From a virus: a stretch of 64,000 nucleotides of DNA. How positions within the stretch are numbered: position 1 is the stretch's first letter; every line of letters starts with the position of its first letter. The notes beneath the pieces were generated by a model. That model did no database searches. It was not told the origin of the DNA and worked only from the letters and a program-made list of their open reading frames with translations. Shown here one piece after another: positions 39,174 through 48,246 of this stretch. A program made the position numbers and the translations under genes. The stretch is from positions 1 to 64,000 of IMG/VR virus record IMGVR_UViG_3300021092_000026. The stretch is one strand, 5' to 3'.

Positions 39174-39289
39174 AATAGTCCTTAAATCTATTTTAATTGT
39201 TAAACATAATTTTAATTTTGACCCCTTTCGGTAGTCGGTTGCGCCCTTAGGTTACACTCTTTTAATATATATCAAAAATCATACCAAAG

Positions 39290-39511
39290 TTATTTGTATC
39301 TTGAATTGTGTAATTGAAACAAATAATCTTTTGCCTGAGTTTGAGTTCGGGTGGATGTTAAATAAATTTCTATACCATTTAATGGTTTAATTAAATAACA
39401 TCTAAATTCATCTTTCATAACTGAATTTATATTGAAAAAAGATTTTGAATCCTTTTTATATCTTATCTGACCAAATATACCATTACCAAAATCAAACTCA
39501 TCAACTATCAT
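39290..39511 (-). CDS. Hypothetical protein
   Basis: Packed ORF. Confidence 0.45.
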   Translation of the reverse strand: MIVDEFDFGNGIFGQIRYKKDSKSFFNINSVMKDEFRCYLIKPLNGIEIYLTSTRTQTQAKDYLFQLHNSRYK

Positions 39512-39514
39512 AAA

Positions 39515-39901
39515 TTAGTTTAGTGATGTTGGTGGTCCTTGTCCTATTACTAAAAATCTATGGGTATCACCATTTGGTGTTCTTACCATATCATGCCTTT
39601 TAAGTATAAATCCATCACAAAATAATTTAACTAATACAGGTGTTATATCTTCACCACTCATAGATTGAATTTTTATGAACCTTTTATTTTTATCATCGTT
39701 ATCATAATTAGAAAATAACGATTCCAACATATCAGCTTCTAAAGCATCTTCCTCTGAAGATTCTAATATATCATCTTCTTCATCACCAAGCTTATCAAAA
39801 AAGCCTGAATACATATCGGAAAAATAGATAAGTTTATCTCTTGGTGAAAGAGATTTATAGAAATCATACTCCTGTTCATTCCAAAAAACTTCCATATTCA
39901 T
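39515..39901 (-). CDS. Acidic hypothetical protein
   Basis: Packed ORF. Confidence 0.55.
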   Translation of the reverse strand: MNMEVFWNEQEYDFYKSLSPRDKLIYFSDMYSGFFDKLGDEEDDILESSEEDALEADMLESLFSNYDNDDKNKRFIKIQSMSGEDITPVLVKLFCDGFILKRHDMVRTPNGDTHRFLVIGQGPPTSLN

Positions 39902-39913
39902 ACTAATAAATAG

Positions 39914-40399
39914 TTAATCTTTTTTATATTGTTCGTTCAACCAAACTAAAATTTCTTTGGATACTGCGTAATCACTTTCGGTAATATACTCATCAATTAT
40001 CCATACAACCTCTTCCAATACCTCATTTTTATTGTAGTATGTTTTATTCAAAATAAGTTGCAACCTTTCTCGCATCTTATTCCTATAATTTTCATCTATC
40101 TCTACTTCGGTTGGAAAGAAAACTGTTTTAAGATTATTCTTTACTAAAGTATAATATGGTTCTTTTTTCTTTTTTATTATATCAACACAATTGGCAATAT
40201 ACTTATCAAAGGTTTCTTTGTTTAAAAGAATTGATTCTTTATCCGTTGGGTTTTCTATTTGTACCATTGGTCCTTTAGTTGATGGACTAATAGCAATTGA
40301 GTGTGATGTGTGTGGGTCCGGTTTAAATCCATATCCACCAAACAAAGCCTCTTTTAATTTTTCAAATTCAGTAGTGCTTTGAGTTGGTTTTGGACCCAT
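39914..40399 (-). CDS. Hypothetical protein
   Basis: Packed ORF. Confidence 0.55.
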   Translation of the reverse strand: MGPKPTQSTTEFEKLKEALFGGYGFKPDPHTSHSIAISPSTKGPMVQIENPTDKESILLNKETFDKYIANCVDIIKKKKEPYYTLVKNNLKTVFFPTEVEIDENYRNKMRERLQLILNKTYYNKNEVLEEVVWIIDEYITESDYAVSKEILVWLNEQYKKD

Positions 40400-40408
40400 A
40401 TTGAATAA

Positions 40409-40714
40409 TTAGTTGAATATATTTAACCTATATTTTTTTTCTACTGTTAGTAAAGCATCATTAAGAGTATTAATAATTTTTTCTGCTTCCGCCTTTGTAA
40501 TTACCATTTCGTTATTACCTATTTTCAAACTACCGATTTCGGTAAATGGTTTTATAGGATAATCTGATGGTTTTAGTTCCGGGTTAATTTGTAAATCAAT
40601 ATCAGTATAGTTTTTTCCAGCGTATTTCTGAAATTTGGCTTCCTGCTTTTGAGTTACTGCGAAAGAATTATTTACATAGCTCTTAATCGGTGCGTTTTTA
40701 TATTTACTACTCAT
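40409..40714 (-). CDS. Hypothetical protein
   Basis: Preceded by ATATTTAT. Confidence 0.55.
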   Translation of the reverse strand: MSSKYKNAPIKSYVNNSFAVTQKQEAKFQKYAGKNYTDIDLQINPELKPSDYPIKPFTEIGSLKIGNNEMVITKAEAEKIINTLNDALLTVEKKYRLNIFN

Positions 40715-40764
40715 AACTTTTTTGTTTAATTGTTATACAATAATAAATATAGAAAACGATTTAA

Positions 40765-41112
40765 TTATTCCACATTTTTTGATTTTTTATTTTTCCTAAA
40801 ATTGCGGGATGATACTCTATTGAATTTTCTTTCATCAAAATCCATTATACTTTTATCGGGATGTGTACGATTTATATTCTGAATCGTTTTCATAGATTCA
40901 TTAGCCCAATACCAAGCATCCATTACCGTTGGTTGGGAGGGTAGGTAAACCTCATCACCGATATACCCACCATGACCATCGGATACTTTATATCTACCAT
41001 CGGACGTCATAGTGGTTTTAGCATCAGGAAACTTTTTGAGTACACGCCGTTTAATCCTATCAAATTGTGGATTGACCGATACTACCTTCGGCTGCTTCGT
41101 TTTCTTTTTCAT
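40765..41112 (-). CDS. Basic hypothetical protein
   Basis: Packed ORF. Confidence 0.5.
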   Translation of the reverse strand: MKKKTKQPKVVSVNPQFDRIKRRVLKKFPDAKTTMTSDGRYKVSDGHGGYIGDEVYLPSQPTVMDAWYWANESMKTIQNINRTHPDKSIMDFDERKFNRVSSRNFRKNKKSKNVE

Positions 41113-41314
41113 TGAATAATTGGGTTAATCGTTTATTGATTAAAAAGCCATTAGCTATTTCTTTATTAAGTGAACAATTTTCTATCAATCTACCATCCTC
41201 CAATTTTACATCGTAGGCATTGCTGTTTCGTATCTTTGTTTTTGAAACAATCTTACCAACCATAAAATTGGAATATACACTAACTACTACTCTATCGCCT
41301 ATACTATAAACCAT
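41060..41314 (-). CDS. SH3/KOW-like small protein
   Basis: IGDRVVV..GKIV..YDVKLEDG. Confidence 0.5.
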   Translation of the reverse strand: MVYSIGDRVVVSVYSNFMVGKIVSKTKIRNSNAYDVKLEDGRLIENCSLNKEIANGFLINKRLTQLFNEKENEAAEGSIGQSTI

Positions 41315-41316
41315 AA

Positions 41317-41520
41317 TTAATTTCCAATCACATTTAGAATTTTTGTTTGTGTGACTGAACTAACCTCAAACTCCAATGGTGAGTTTTGTAGGAATGCGGT
41401 AATATGGGCTTCTGCGTCTGTAACCGATACAGCCTTTACCAAATATTGTTCGGTATTCTTTTTAATTTTACCATTACCATTATCGGTTTCTACTTTAACT
41501 TTTACTAAATAGTACATCAT
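41317..41520 (-). CDS. DUF4494-like protein (Bacteroidota family)
   Basis: Y.VKVK....G..KK.TEQYLV.A.S.TDAE..FEV..V..TKI..V. Confidence 0.75.
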   Translation of the reverse strand: MMYYLVKVKVETDNGNGKIKKNTEQYLVKAVSVTDAEAHITAFLQNSPLEFEVSSVTQTKILNVIGN

Positions 41521-41527
41521 AATTTTT

Positions 41528-41794
41528 TTACTTTAATTTACTTTTAACGATTTCACAAGTTTTATGAAAATTTTCTTTACCCCATTTACCTAATTGTTCG
41601 TGATGAGAATGGGATATTACCTCACCACTAACAGCAGCACTTCCATACGCAAACCTCTTCAGTTTATAACCTGATAGTGGAGTTGAAAACCTTTTAAGGT
41701 ATTCTGCCTTACTATCTAAATATTCAAAGAACTTATCTTTGGGTAAAGATTCCAATTCTTCGTTACTTAACGGTTTGTTCGGGTCATACATCAT
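41528..41794 (-). CDS. Hypothetical protein
   Basis: ORF with an upstream TATATTTG promoter. Confidence 0.55.
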   Translation of the reverse strand: MMYDPNKPLSNEELESLPKDKFFEYLDSKAEYLKRFSTPLSGYKLKRFAYGSAAVSGEVISHSHHEQLGKWGKENFHKTCEIVKSKLK

Positions 41795-41822
41795 ATCAAA
41801 TATACAAAAGAAATTTTAAATA

Positions 41823-42110
41823 TCAAAATATTGGTGATACATTTTTTTGAGAATAACTATCATTCTCACAAATTTCAAATCTATAACTACCATTACCATT
41901 ATCCCACATTGTAATTGCGAATGTATCTCCAGTTCCAATTGCTTGACAGAATCCTTTGAAAGCAGGCTTTTCTTTATAATTCACTCCACTTTCATACCTT
42001 TTGCGAGCTTTAAGTCTACCCCACGCTCTAACAGGCCCTACAAATGTAGATTGATTATATCTAGTATGATGATTTTTTTTATACTTTTTTAATTCATCTG
42101 AAGTTTTCAT
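41823..42110 (-). CDS. Hypothetical protein
   Basis: Packed ORF. Confidence 0.5.
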   Translation of the reverse strand: MKTSDELKKYKKNHHTRYNQSTFVGPVRAWGRLKARKRYESGVNYKEKPAFKGFCQAIGTGDTFAITMWDNGNGSYRFEICENDSYSQKNVSPIF

Positions 42111-42115
42111 CTTTA

Positions 42116-42535
42116 TTATTTATCAATTGATTTTTGATAGTAATAATTATATAGTTCATCTAAATCCATTGGAGATTCATTCATCATTTCATCCCACACA
42201 TCAACACCAAACTTTTTTTGTAGTTCAGTCCGAAGTGAATTTAATATGCGAATCTCATCTAACTCACCTTCAAATTCAAGCTTTAAAGCACGAACTCTAT
42301 CCATCCTACTCTCATCCCTAGCAAACTCACACCTATCTGAATTAGAATTACCACCATACTTTTTATAGGCAAGTTCATATGCACGATTTGCTTTTTTTCT
42401 AGCCTCTAAAGCCTGTTGAAAGAATTCCGATATATCAAAATCACCATTCACAATCTTATCATAAAGATGTGCGTTAGAAGAAAGGGGCTCTTTACGAGCC
42501 CCCTTTCTCCACCATTTGAACTTATTATACCCCAT
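42116..42535 (-). CDS. Hypothetical protein
   Basis: YNKFKWWR..I.NGDFD.S motif. Confidence 0.55.
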   Translation of the reverse strand: MGYNKFKWWRKGARKEPLSSNAHLYDKIVNGDFDISEFFQQALEARKKANRAYELAYKKYGGNSNSDRCEFARDESRMDRVRALKLEFEGELDEIRILNSLRTELQKKFGVDVWDEMMNESPMDLDELYNYYYQKSIDK

Positions 42536-42540
42536 ATAAA

Positions 42541-43830
42541 TTAAAACGGATTATTAACAGCAGTAGTATCTTCAGTATTGAAGAGGTTTTCTTCACCAGT
42601 TTTTACAAACTTTTGAACGAACTGCTTCATAAACACACGCTCCGATTGAGCCCCACCACTATTATCAAAGAAGGGATAGATAGCAATCTCAGCTGCTTCA
42701 GTCAAACTAAATCCATCGTAGAGTAGCGAACCAATTTCCACAGCAGTACGAGTAGAGAGGGAGTTGGTCAGTTTGGGTGATTCACCACGAACCTCATCAC
42801 GGGTCATCGTTGTAATTTCAGCCACATTAACCAACAGTTCCGAAGATACCGAAGGATACATCATACCAAGCAAAGTAGATTCTTCATCCTTAGTCAGAGA
42901 ATCCATCTCAATAATCGTAAATCGGTCTAAGATAGCCCTATCAAGCATTCGGGTGGCGGTATATTCATTACCAATATTAGCAGAGGCAATAAAGGAAACA
43001 CCATCAGCCACATTGATAGTAGGAGCATCAGCGGCTTCATCCAAACGAAGGTAGCGTTGACCTGGATCGAGAACAGTCATCAGAATGTTCCACGCTTCGG
43101 GGTGAGCCCTCGTAATCTCGTCCAACACAACCACAGTGTTTGGCGTTTGGATTGCCTTCACAAAAGGTGATTGATTAAACACCGTACCTTTGGTGGTGTC
43201 ATATTGGGTATTACCAATCAGCGTAGTTCGGGGGTCTTGAGTAGCACCCAAGTTGATGATAAAGGTAGAGTACCCATCAATTGAACACGCAGCGGCTTTA
43301 GCAGCCATCGTTTTACCACAACCAGCAGCACCGGTCATCATAATGTTTTTACCACGGAGAATGTTACGAATTAAATATTTCCATTTCAGTTCCGGCATAA
43401 ACAACATCTTTGGCTTCAACCCCGCAGCTTCGGTGTGGATGAAGTTCAAAACATTTTCAGGCATAACCACCGGAGCGGTGATTTGAGCCGGAGTTGATAC
43501 CATAGTCACGGTAGGTTTATGAACCGAATCCACAGCGTATTGCTCCAACCCACCGTTTGGTTTATTGAAGTTCATAACGGGAGTGGTGTCGGTTGCTTTA
43601 GAAGCAGGAACACGGCCAAAACAAAGCTCACCAGAAGTGAACGAACCCTTAACCCTAATTTTGAATCGGAACTTATCAGGTCGCTTAGAAGCCTGAAGAG
43701 CCCTGCGGTAGAGGGAAGTCCCCTTCTCGTTAAGAGCTGGGATGTTGAACATTGCTCCATTTGAATCTTGGAACATTAGTACACCGTTACTTTGAACGAT
43801 AGTACCGAAAACAAATCTTTGGTTTTTCAT
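42541..43830 (-). CDS. MoxR/CbbQ/CobS-type AAA+ ATPase
   Basis: GAAGCGKT, VVLDEITRA, SAN and LDRAILDRF. Confidence 0.9.
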   Translation of the reverse strand: MKNQRFVFGTIVQSNGVLMFQDSNGAMFNIPALNEKGTSLYRRALQASKRPDKFRFKIRVKGSFTSGELCFGRVPASKATDTTPVMNFNKPNGGLEQYAVDSVHKPTVTMVSTPAQITAPVVMPENVLNFIHTEAAGLKPKMLFMPELKWKYLIRNILRGKNIMMTGAAGCGKTMAAKAAACSIDGYSTFIINLGATQDPRTTLIGNTQYDTTKGTVFNQSPFVKAIQTPNTVVVLDEITRAHPEAWNILMTVLDPGQRYLRLDEAADAPTINVADGVSFIASANIGNEYTATRMLDRAILDRFTIIEMDSLTKDEESTLLGMMYPSVSSELLVNVAEITTMTRDEVRGESPKLTNSLSTRTAVEIGSLLYDGFSLTEAAEIAIYPFFDNSGGAQSERVFMKQFVQKFVKTGEENLFNTEDTTAVNNPF

Positions 43831-43840
43831 ATATAGGGGT

Positions 43841-43963
43841 TTAACTTACAATATAAAGATACTACAGAAGGAGCAATTATCCAAGCTTTCAATATTAAAT
43901 TATCATTAAATTTATCCACAACTTATCCACATTTGAGGGAAAAGTGTCCATTTTATTGGACAC
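43841..43963 (-). promoter_or_regulatory. Composite early promoter: palindrome, 2 DnaA boxes, phased TTTAA repeats, TTG-N20-TATCTTTA core
   Basis: TTATCCACA at 43912 and 43923; GTGTCCA-N6-TGGACAC at 43944-43963. Confidence 0.75.
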
Positions 43964-46103
43964 CTACCTCAAATTTACCATTCAATGTCTTAGCCAAGTC
44001 CATTACCTCATTCACATTAATGAACCTAGCATCCTTACCATACATCCGAGTAAAGTCATCAGCGTAGGATGTACCACGCATTCTATCAAAGCTATATTCA
44101 CTAATAAAGTAAGATAAAACACTAACACCACCCATCCTTAATTTATTAACCTGGTCGGCGGTGTGTCTGATAGCAATATTGCCCTCATAACTCATGTCCT
44201 TATTTTCAAAGGTAGGCATACCATCCGAAAAGTTAATTAGGTATTTTTCGGAACTATCTTTGGTTTTCAAAATCTCACCCATAATCGCCTCATAACACAA
44301 ACCTTCAGGTGTTGTACCGTGTGGCATTAAATGTTTGAACATGCTCTTAATCTTTGAGAAATTATCAACCTTACTATCGTAAGCGATTACAATCAGCGGA
44401 ACTGAAGCACCATTATCATAAGTGCTTCGGTAACTAATAACCACATTGATATTTGATATCATTGAAGCGGCCTTAGCGATAGCAACCACAGCGGTTTGTG
44501 TATTACGCCATTTTCTTCCACCCATTGAACCACTAGCATCAACTGAAATATGAAGAGTGATTGGTTTTACGGAATTGGTTTGAATCTTTTCAAAGATATT
44601 GAAATTACCAAACCCAACCTCGTGTAACATTCGGGATGATATCTTACCCGATTTAAGACGGGGCGTAACCAAACTACGATTCTCATCACGCGTTTTAAGC
44701 TTTTTACCTAACAACACACCCAATGTAATACCTTTATCAATATATTTTTGATTCTCATCAAGGTGACCGGTATAATTAGTAGTAATAGCGAATGCACGGG
44801 ATTCAATCAACGAATTAGTAAGTTTCCTAACTAAATAACAGTTTGTTCTTTGAATACCACCACCCCAACGGCGTTCCGCGGATACGGTTTTCAAATCTAC
44901 ATCAGATTCCTCCAAAGCGTTTACTACAGAAGATTCACCCTTACTCATTTTCTTTTTAGAAATATTACCACTCAAAAAATCTTTCTGCTTTTTGATAGCG
45001 TTATTAAGTTTGTTTTTAAGAGAGGGTGAAAGCGTGTTCCCAGAACCACCAGAACTATTGTTAGAAGAATTCCCATCAGAAGAATCCCCATCAGAAGAAT
45101 CATCATCAGAAGAATCATCATCAGAAGAATCCCCATTACCATTAGATTCCATAGAACCACCACCCGTTTGAGGTGAATCAAAATCACCTGTCATTGGTGA
45201 GTTACCATTAGAATCGCCTGAAGATGAATCATTACTATCGCCGGATGAAGATTGATTATCCTCTTCAGTAGGTTCGGTATAAACTGCATCAAAAATAGTT
45301 AAGAAAATTTCTGAAGCCAGATTCAAACTATCAGTAGTGGTTTTTAATCGTTCAATGTTTTTCAAATCCAACAAAGTCCAAATAGTGGGTAAAGATTTAA
45401 GAGCACCCAACCTACGATGTTTGTTTGTAATGTTACAAAGTCGGAACATATAAGATTCCCAATCTTCGGTAGTGTATTCATCAGATACCAAAGCCTTATC
45501 AATAACACTATCATTAAAGTATTTATCATACATAGAGTGATAGTACCCACGATAACCAGGGGCTGTGTTATAAATGTAATTATCAATACGCCTATCCTCA
45601 ACAATATTGAGAATATCTTTTAGGTATTGAGACATATACTTTTTCAATGTACGAACAGCCAATATATCAGATTCAGATACCTCCGGCATTTTGGAAATAC
45701 GATTAGCAATAACGGGTGGTAACGCTGTGGAGTTTGGTTGAAAATACTTTTGAAGAATAGTAAAATCGGTAAGTTTAATGTGCGAACCCTCGTGGAGAGC
45801 CAACCCTACCGCCGGGTCAAATTCAGCATCATCCATCTTTGAAGAAATTACCACACTATTACCATCAGTATAGGATTGATTACCCGTAGAAAATTTGACC
45901 GGAATAGGTTTGTTTGTTACAATTCTCACAAAGTTAGAAATGGCCCGTTTATAAGAGGCCAACTTAATAAGGTCATTAGTTTTGACCTGATAAGCATCAC
46001 CACTACCATCAGCACGATAAGTGCCACGATAAGTGGTCGGGGTGAACATAGATTTATCCAACCAATAGTCGGAATAATAGGACTTACTTTTATATTTTTT
46101 CAT
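43953..46103 (-). CDS. vWA domain protein with an N-terminal HExxH domain (CobT-like partner of the AAA+)
   Basis: HEGSH, NIVEDRRID, S/D-rich linker, MIDAS DASGS..T..SDG. Confidence 0.85.
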   Translation of the reverse strand: MKKYKSKSYYSDYWLDKSMFTPTTYRGTYRADGSGDAYQVKTNDLIKLASYKRAISNFVRIVTNKPIPVKFSTGNQSYTDGNSVVISSKMDDAEFDPAVGLALHEGSHIKLTDFTILQKYFQPNSTALPPVIANRISKMPEVSESDILAVRTLKKYMSQYLKDILNIVEDRRIDNYIYNTAPGYRGYYHSMYDKYFNDSVIDKALVSDEYTTEDWESYMFRLCNITNKHRRLGALKSLPTIWTLLDLKNIERLKTTTDSLNLASEIFLTIFDAVYTEPTEEDNQSSSGDSNDSSSGDSNGNSPMTGDFDSPQTGGGSMESNGNGDSSDDDSSDDDSSDGDSSDGNSSNNSSGGSGNTLSPSLKNKLNNAIKKQKDFLSGNISKKKMSKGESSVVNALEESDVDLKTVSAERRWGGGIQRTNCYLVRKLTNSLIESRAFAITTNYTGHLDENQKYIDKGITLGVLLGKKLKTRDENRSLVTPRLKSGKISSRMLHEVGFGNFNIFEKIQTNSVKPITLHISVDASGSMGGRKWRNTQTAVVAIAKAASMISNINVVISYRSTYDNGASVPLIVIAYDSKVDNFSKIKSMFKHLMPHGTTPEGLCYEAIMGEILKTKDSSEKYLINFSDGMPTFENKDMSYEGNIAIRHTADQVNKLRMGGVSVLSYFISEYSFDRMRGTSYADDFTRMYGKDARFINVNEVMDLAKTLNGKFEVGVQ

Positions 46104-46112
46104 ATAGGAGGA

Positions 46113-46185
46113 ATTAACTTACAATGTAAAGATAATACAGAAATAGGGAATATCCAAGCTTTCAATATTAAATTTAGGTTAAATC
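46113..46185 (-). promoter_or_regulatory. Early promoter repeat upstream of the vWA gene
   Basis: CTTGGATATTCCCTATTTCTGTATTATCTTTACATTGTAAGTTAA. Confidence 0.75.
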
Positions 46186-46335
46186 TTTTAACCAAGATTT
46201 GTTCTTTCTTGAATAGGATTTGGATGAGGGGACCACCTTTTCTGTCATTTTCTTACCGATATGGTGTGCAGCCTCTCCTGAACTCCAATTGCCGTTAAAA
46301 TCAAGCAATTTCCTGTCTCGTTTGGGTTTACTCAT
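46174..46335 (-). CDS. 53-aa basic peptide with an ArfA-like motif
   Basis: Own translation MSKPKRDRKLLDFNGNWSSGEAAHHIGKKMTEKVVPSSKSYSRKNKSWLKDLT; has its own promoter. Confidence 0.55.
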   Translation of the reverse strand: MSKPKRDRKLLDFNGNWSSGEAAHHIGKKMTEKVVPSSKSYSRKNKSWLKDLT

Positions 46336-46346
46336 ATCAATAATTA

Positions 46347-46455
46347 TTTAATACCTAAAGATAAGTATAAAAGAGCAAATTTCCAAGCCTTTTAGATTAA
46401 ATTTTCATTAAAGTTATCCACATTCGTGTGGAAAAGTGTCCAATTTATTGGACAG
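46347..46455 (-). promoter_or_regulatory. Composite early promoter with DnaA boxes and palindrome
   Basis: TTATCCACA at 46414, inverted TTTTCCACA at 46427-46435, TGTCCAAT-TT-ATTGGACA. Confidence 0.7.
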
Positions 46456-46461
46456 TTGGTT

Positions 46462-46896
46462 TTATCCCCCAAATGGGGTATCCTTGAGGTCAGCCCCAAA
46501 CCCATACTTTTTCTTAACCCGCTCTGAAATAGGAATCGGATTTCCATCCTCATCAATTCTCACAAAGGTAATATAGGTAGATACAACAGTAGTCTGACCT
46601 CCAGTATATACATTATGCGCTCTTGCTTCAATGTATAGTTTAACGGATGTATTACCAATACGATTTACACTACCATATACCTTTAATAACTGCCCTTCTT
46701 TTGCCGGCTTCTTAAATAAACATTCATCTATCTTAATAGTAACCACACGGGGTGTATCACACACCTGCATTGCGTACGCAGCCGCAGAAGCATCAATCCA
46801 TGCCAATGCTTTTCCACCAAAAAGGTTTCCGTGAAATCCTAAATCGGATTTCTTGACGGGATGTGTATTAATCAACTCCATCCGTAATTTCTTCAA
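46462..46896 (-). CDS. Acyl-CoA thioesterase (hotdog fold)
   Basis: DL..HGNLFGG..LAWID..; F.KP...G; G.TS; TFVRIDEDG.P. Confidence 0.88.
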   Translation of the reverse strand: MKKLRMELINTHPVKKSDLGFHGNLFGGKALAWIDASAAAYAMQVCDTPRVVTIKIDECLFKKPAKEGQLLKVYGSVNRIGNTSVKLYIEARAHNVYTGGQTTVVSTYITFVRIDEDGNPIPISERVKKKYGFGADLKDTPFGG

Positions 46897-47071
46897 ATGG
46901 TATAGATACTATTTCTCTACAAAAAAATAACAAACCATCTTTTTTAAAAGTATGGCTACATTCCCAATATTGTTTTATAAAATCTACATTTAGATTTGGT
47001 TCTTCTTTCATTGTACGATAGACCTGAAACATCCCATCGTTTACATAAATAACCTGTCCTAAATAACTCAT
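46868..47071 (-). CDS. Hypothetical protein
   Basis: Packed ORF. Confidence 0.5.
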   Translation of the reverse strand: MSYLGQVIYVNDGMFQVYRTMKEEPNLNVDFIKQYWECSHTFKKDGLLFFCREIVSIPFEEITDGVD

Positions 47072-47085
47072 AGTTTATTTTATTG

Positions 47086-47156
47086 AGCGGGTAGATGGAA
47101 TCGAACCACCGTCATAGGCTTGGAAAGCGAATGTAATACCATTATACGATACCCGC
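47086..47156 (-). tRNA. tRNA-Gly(TCC), atypical anticodon stem
   Basis: GCGGGTA/TACCCGC acceptor stem, TTCGATT T-loop, loop TTTCCAA; CCA not encoded. Confidence 0.85.
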
Positions 47157-47191
47157 AAGTACCCCCACTAAGGGGATGTGTTGAGAAACTA

Positions 47192-47362
47192 CTATTGTGC
47201 GGTAGTAGTGCTATCTGCAGCAGGATAAAACTCCTGAGTAGAATCTACAACTGCAGAATCAACTGGTTCAGCAACCGATTCTTCAGTTTGCTCAGCGTTG
47301 TTGGTGCAGGCCGTAAGTGATGCAACCATAGCAGCCATTACCATAAAAAAGATGTTTTTCAT
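47192..47362 (-). CDS. 56-aa lipoprotein
   Basis: Own translation MKNIFFMVMAAMVASLTA-C-TNNAEQTEESVAEPVDSAVVDSTQEFYPAADSTTTAQ; lipobox; promoter at about 47383-47420. Confidence 0.75.
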   Translation of the reverse strand: MKNIFFMVMAAMVASLTACTNNAEQTEESVAEPVDSAVVDSTQEFYPAADSTTTAQ

Positions 47363-47438
47363 AATTAAATTGTTTTAAATTTTACACAATATACAAAAGA
47401 AATTTCATATTTCCAAATTTTTTCATAAATAAATACAA

Positions 47439-47822
47439 TTATTTTTTTGATAAAATATCATTAAGCATGTTTATTTCCGTTTTAAACATTTCTTCTTCCA
47501 TTTTACCACGTTCTTTCTCAATTGCCTTTTGAACCAACTCAATCAATTCATTTGATAGAAATGAACTAATAGTAAACTCAAATGTATAATAGTGATTGGA
47601 AACTTTAACCATATTATTTTGCAGTATTAATGTATATTGTTTATCATCAGTTTGAACATAGTATCTACCCGATGGTGTCATCAAATAATGGGTTTTTGGA
47701 TTAGACATTAATCGTATTAAAACCCTCTTTGTTAAAACCTCTCTTTCAGTATATGGTTCGTGTTTAACTAAACCTCGCCTAAACCACACCTGCAATTTTT
47801 TAAATTTGTATTTTATATTCAT
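47439..47822 (-). CDS. Hypothetical protein
   Basis: ORF between tRNA genes. Confidence 0.55.
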   Translation of the reverse strand: MNIKYKFKKLQVWFRRGLVKHEPYTEREVLTKRVLIRLMSNPKTHYLMTPSGRYYVQTDDKQYTLILQNNMVKVSNHYYTFEFTISSFLSNELIELVQKAIEKERGKMEEEMFKTEINMLNDILSKK

Positions 47823-47838
47823 TACTTTTTTATTTTAG

Positions 47839-47912
47839 TACGCCCGAAGGGATTCGAACCCCTGGCCAACAGATTAGAAATCTGTTGCTCTATCCAACTG
47901 AGCTACGGGCGC
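47839..47912 (-). tRNA. tRNA-Arg(TCT)
   Basis: GCGCCCGTAGCTCAGTTGGATAGAGCAACAGATTTCTAATCTGT...GTTCGAATCC. Confidence 0.95.
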
Positions 47913-47926
47913 ATATTTATTTTTTG

Positions 47927-48011
47927 TACCTCGGACCGGAATCGAACCGGTACAGCCTCATCGGCTACAGGATTTTAAGTCCTGCGCGGCTACCTATTTC
48001 GCCACCGAGGC
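47927..48011 (-). tRNA. tRNA-Leu(TAA)
   Basis: GCCTCGG acceptor, CAGGA-CTTAAAA-TCCTG anticodon arm, long variable arm. Confidence 0.95.
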
Positions 48012-48021
48012 ATTATTATTA

Positions 48022-48204
48022 TTATTTATTAACTACTTTTTTTCTTACCACTTCGGTTACATTAAATAATTCATTAAATTGGGATACTTTCATTTTTTTA
48101 GTTTCACAAAATAACTCAATAGCATCTTCTAAAGAACTTGCTTTTGTTTTACTAATTGCTTCCATTTTATTATCCGATTTGAAATAAAAATAGTATTCTT
48201 TCAT
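48022..48204 (-). CDS. Hypothetical protein
   Basis: ORF downstream of a TTTGG..TATATTG promoter. Confidence 0.5.
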   Translation of the reverse strand: MKEYYFYFKSDNKMEAISKTKASSLEDAIELFCETKKMKVSQFNELFNVTEVVRKKVVNK

Positions 48205-48246
48205 AATCTACTCCGATTTAATTTTATACAATATACAAATAATTAT

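Noticed and set aside
43895-43910. TTAA-N7-TTAA read as a CtrA box
   Set aside because: CtrA is alphaproteobacterial, and the other evidence points to a Bacteroidota host.
45062-45135. 15-bp repeats in the vWA gene
   Set aside because: Ordinary SSDDD/SSDGD low-complexity linker typical of CobT-like proteins.
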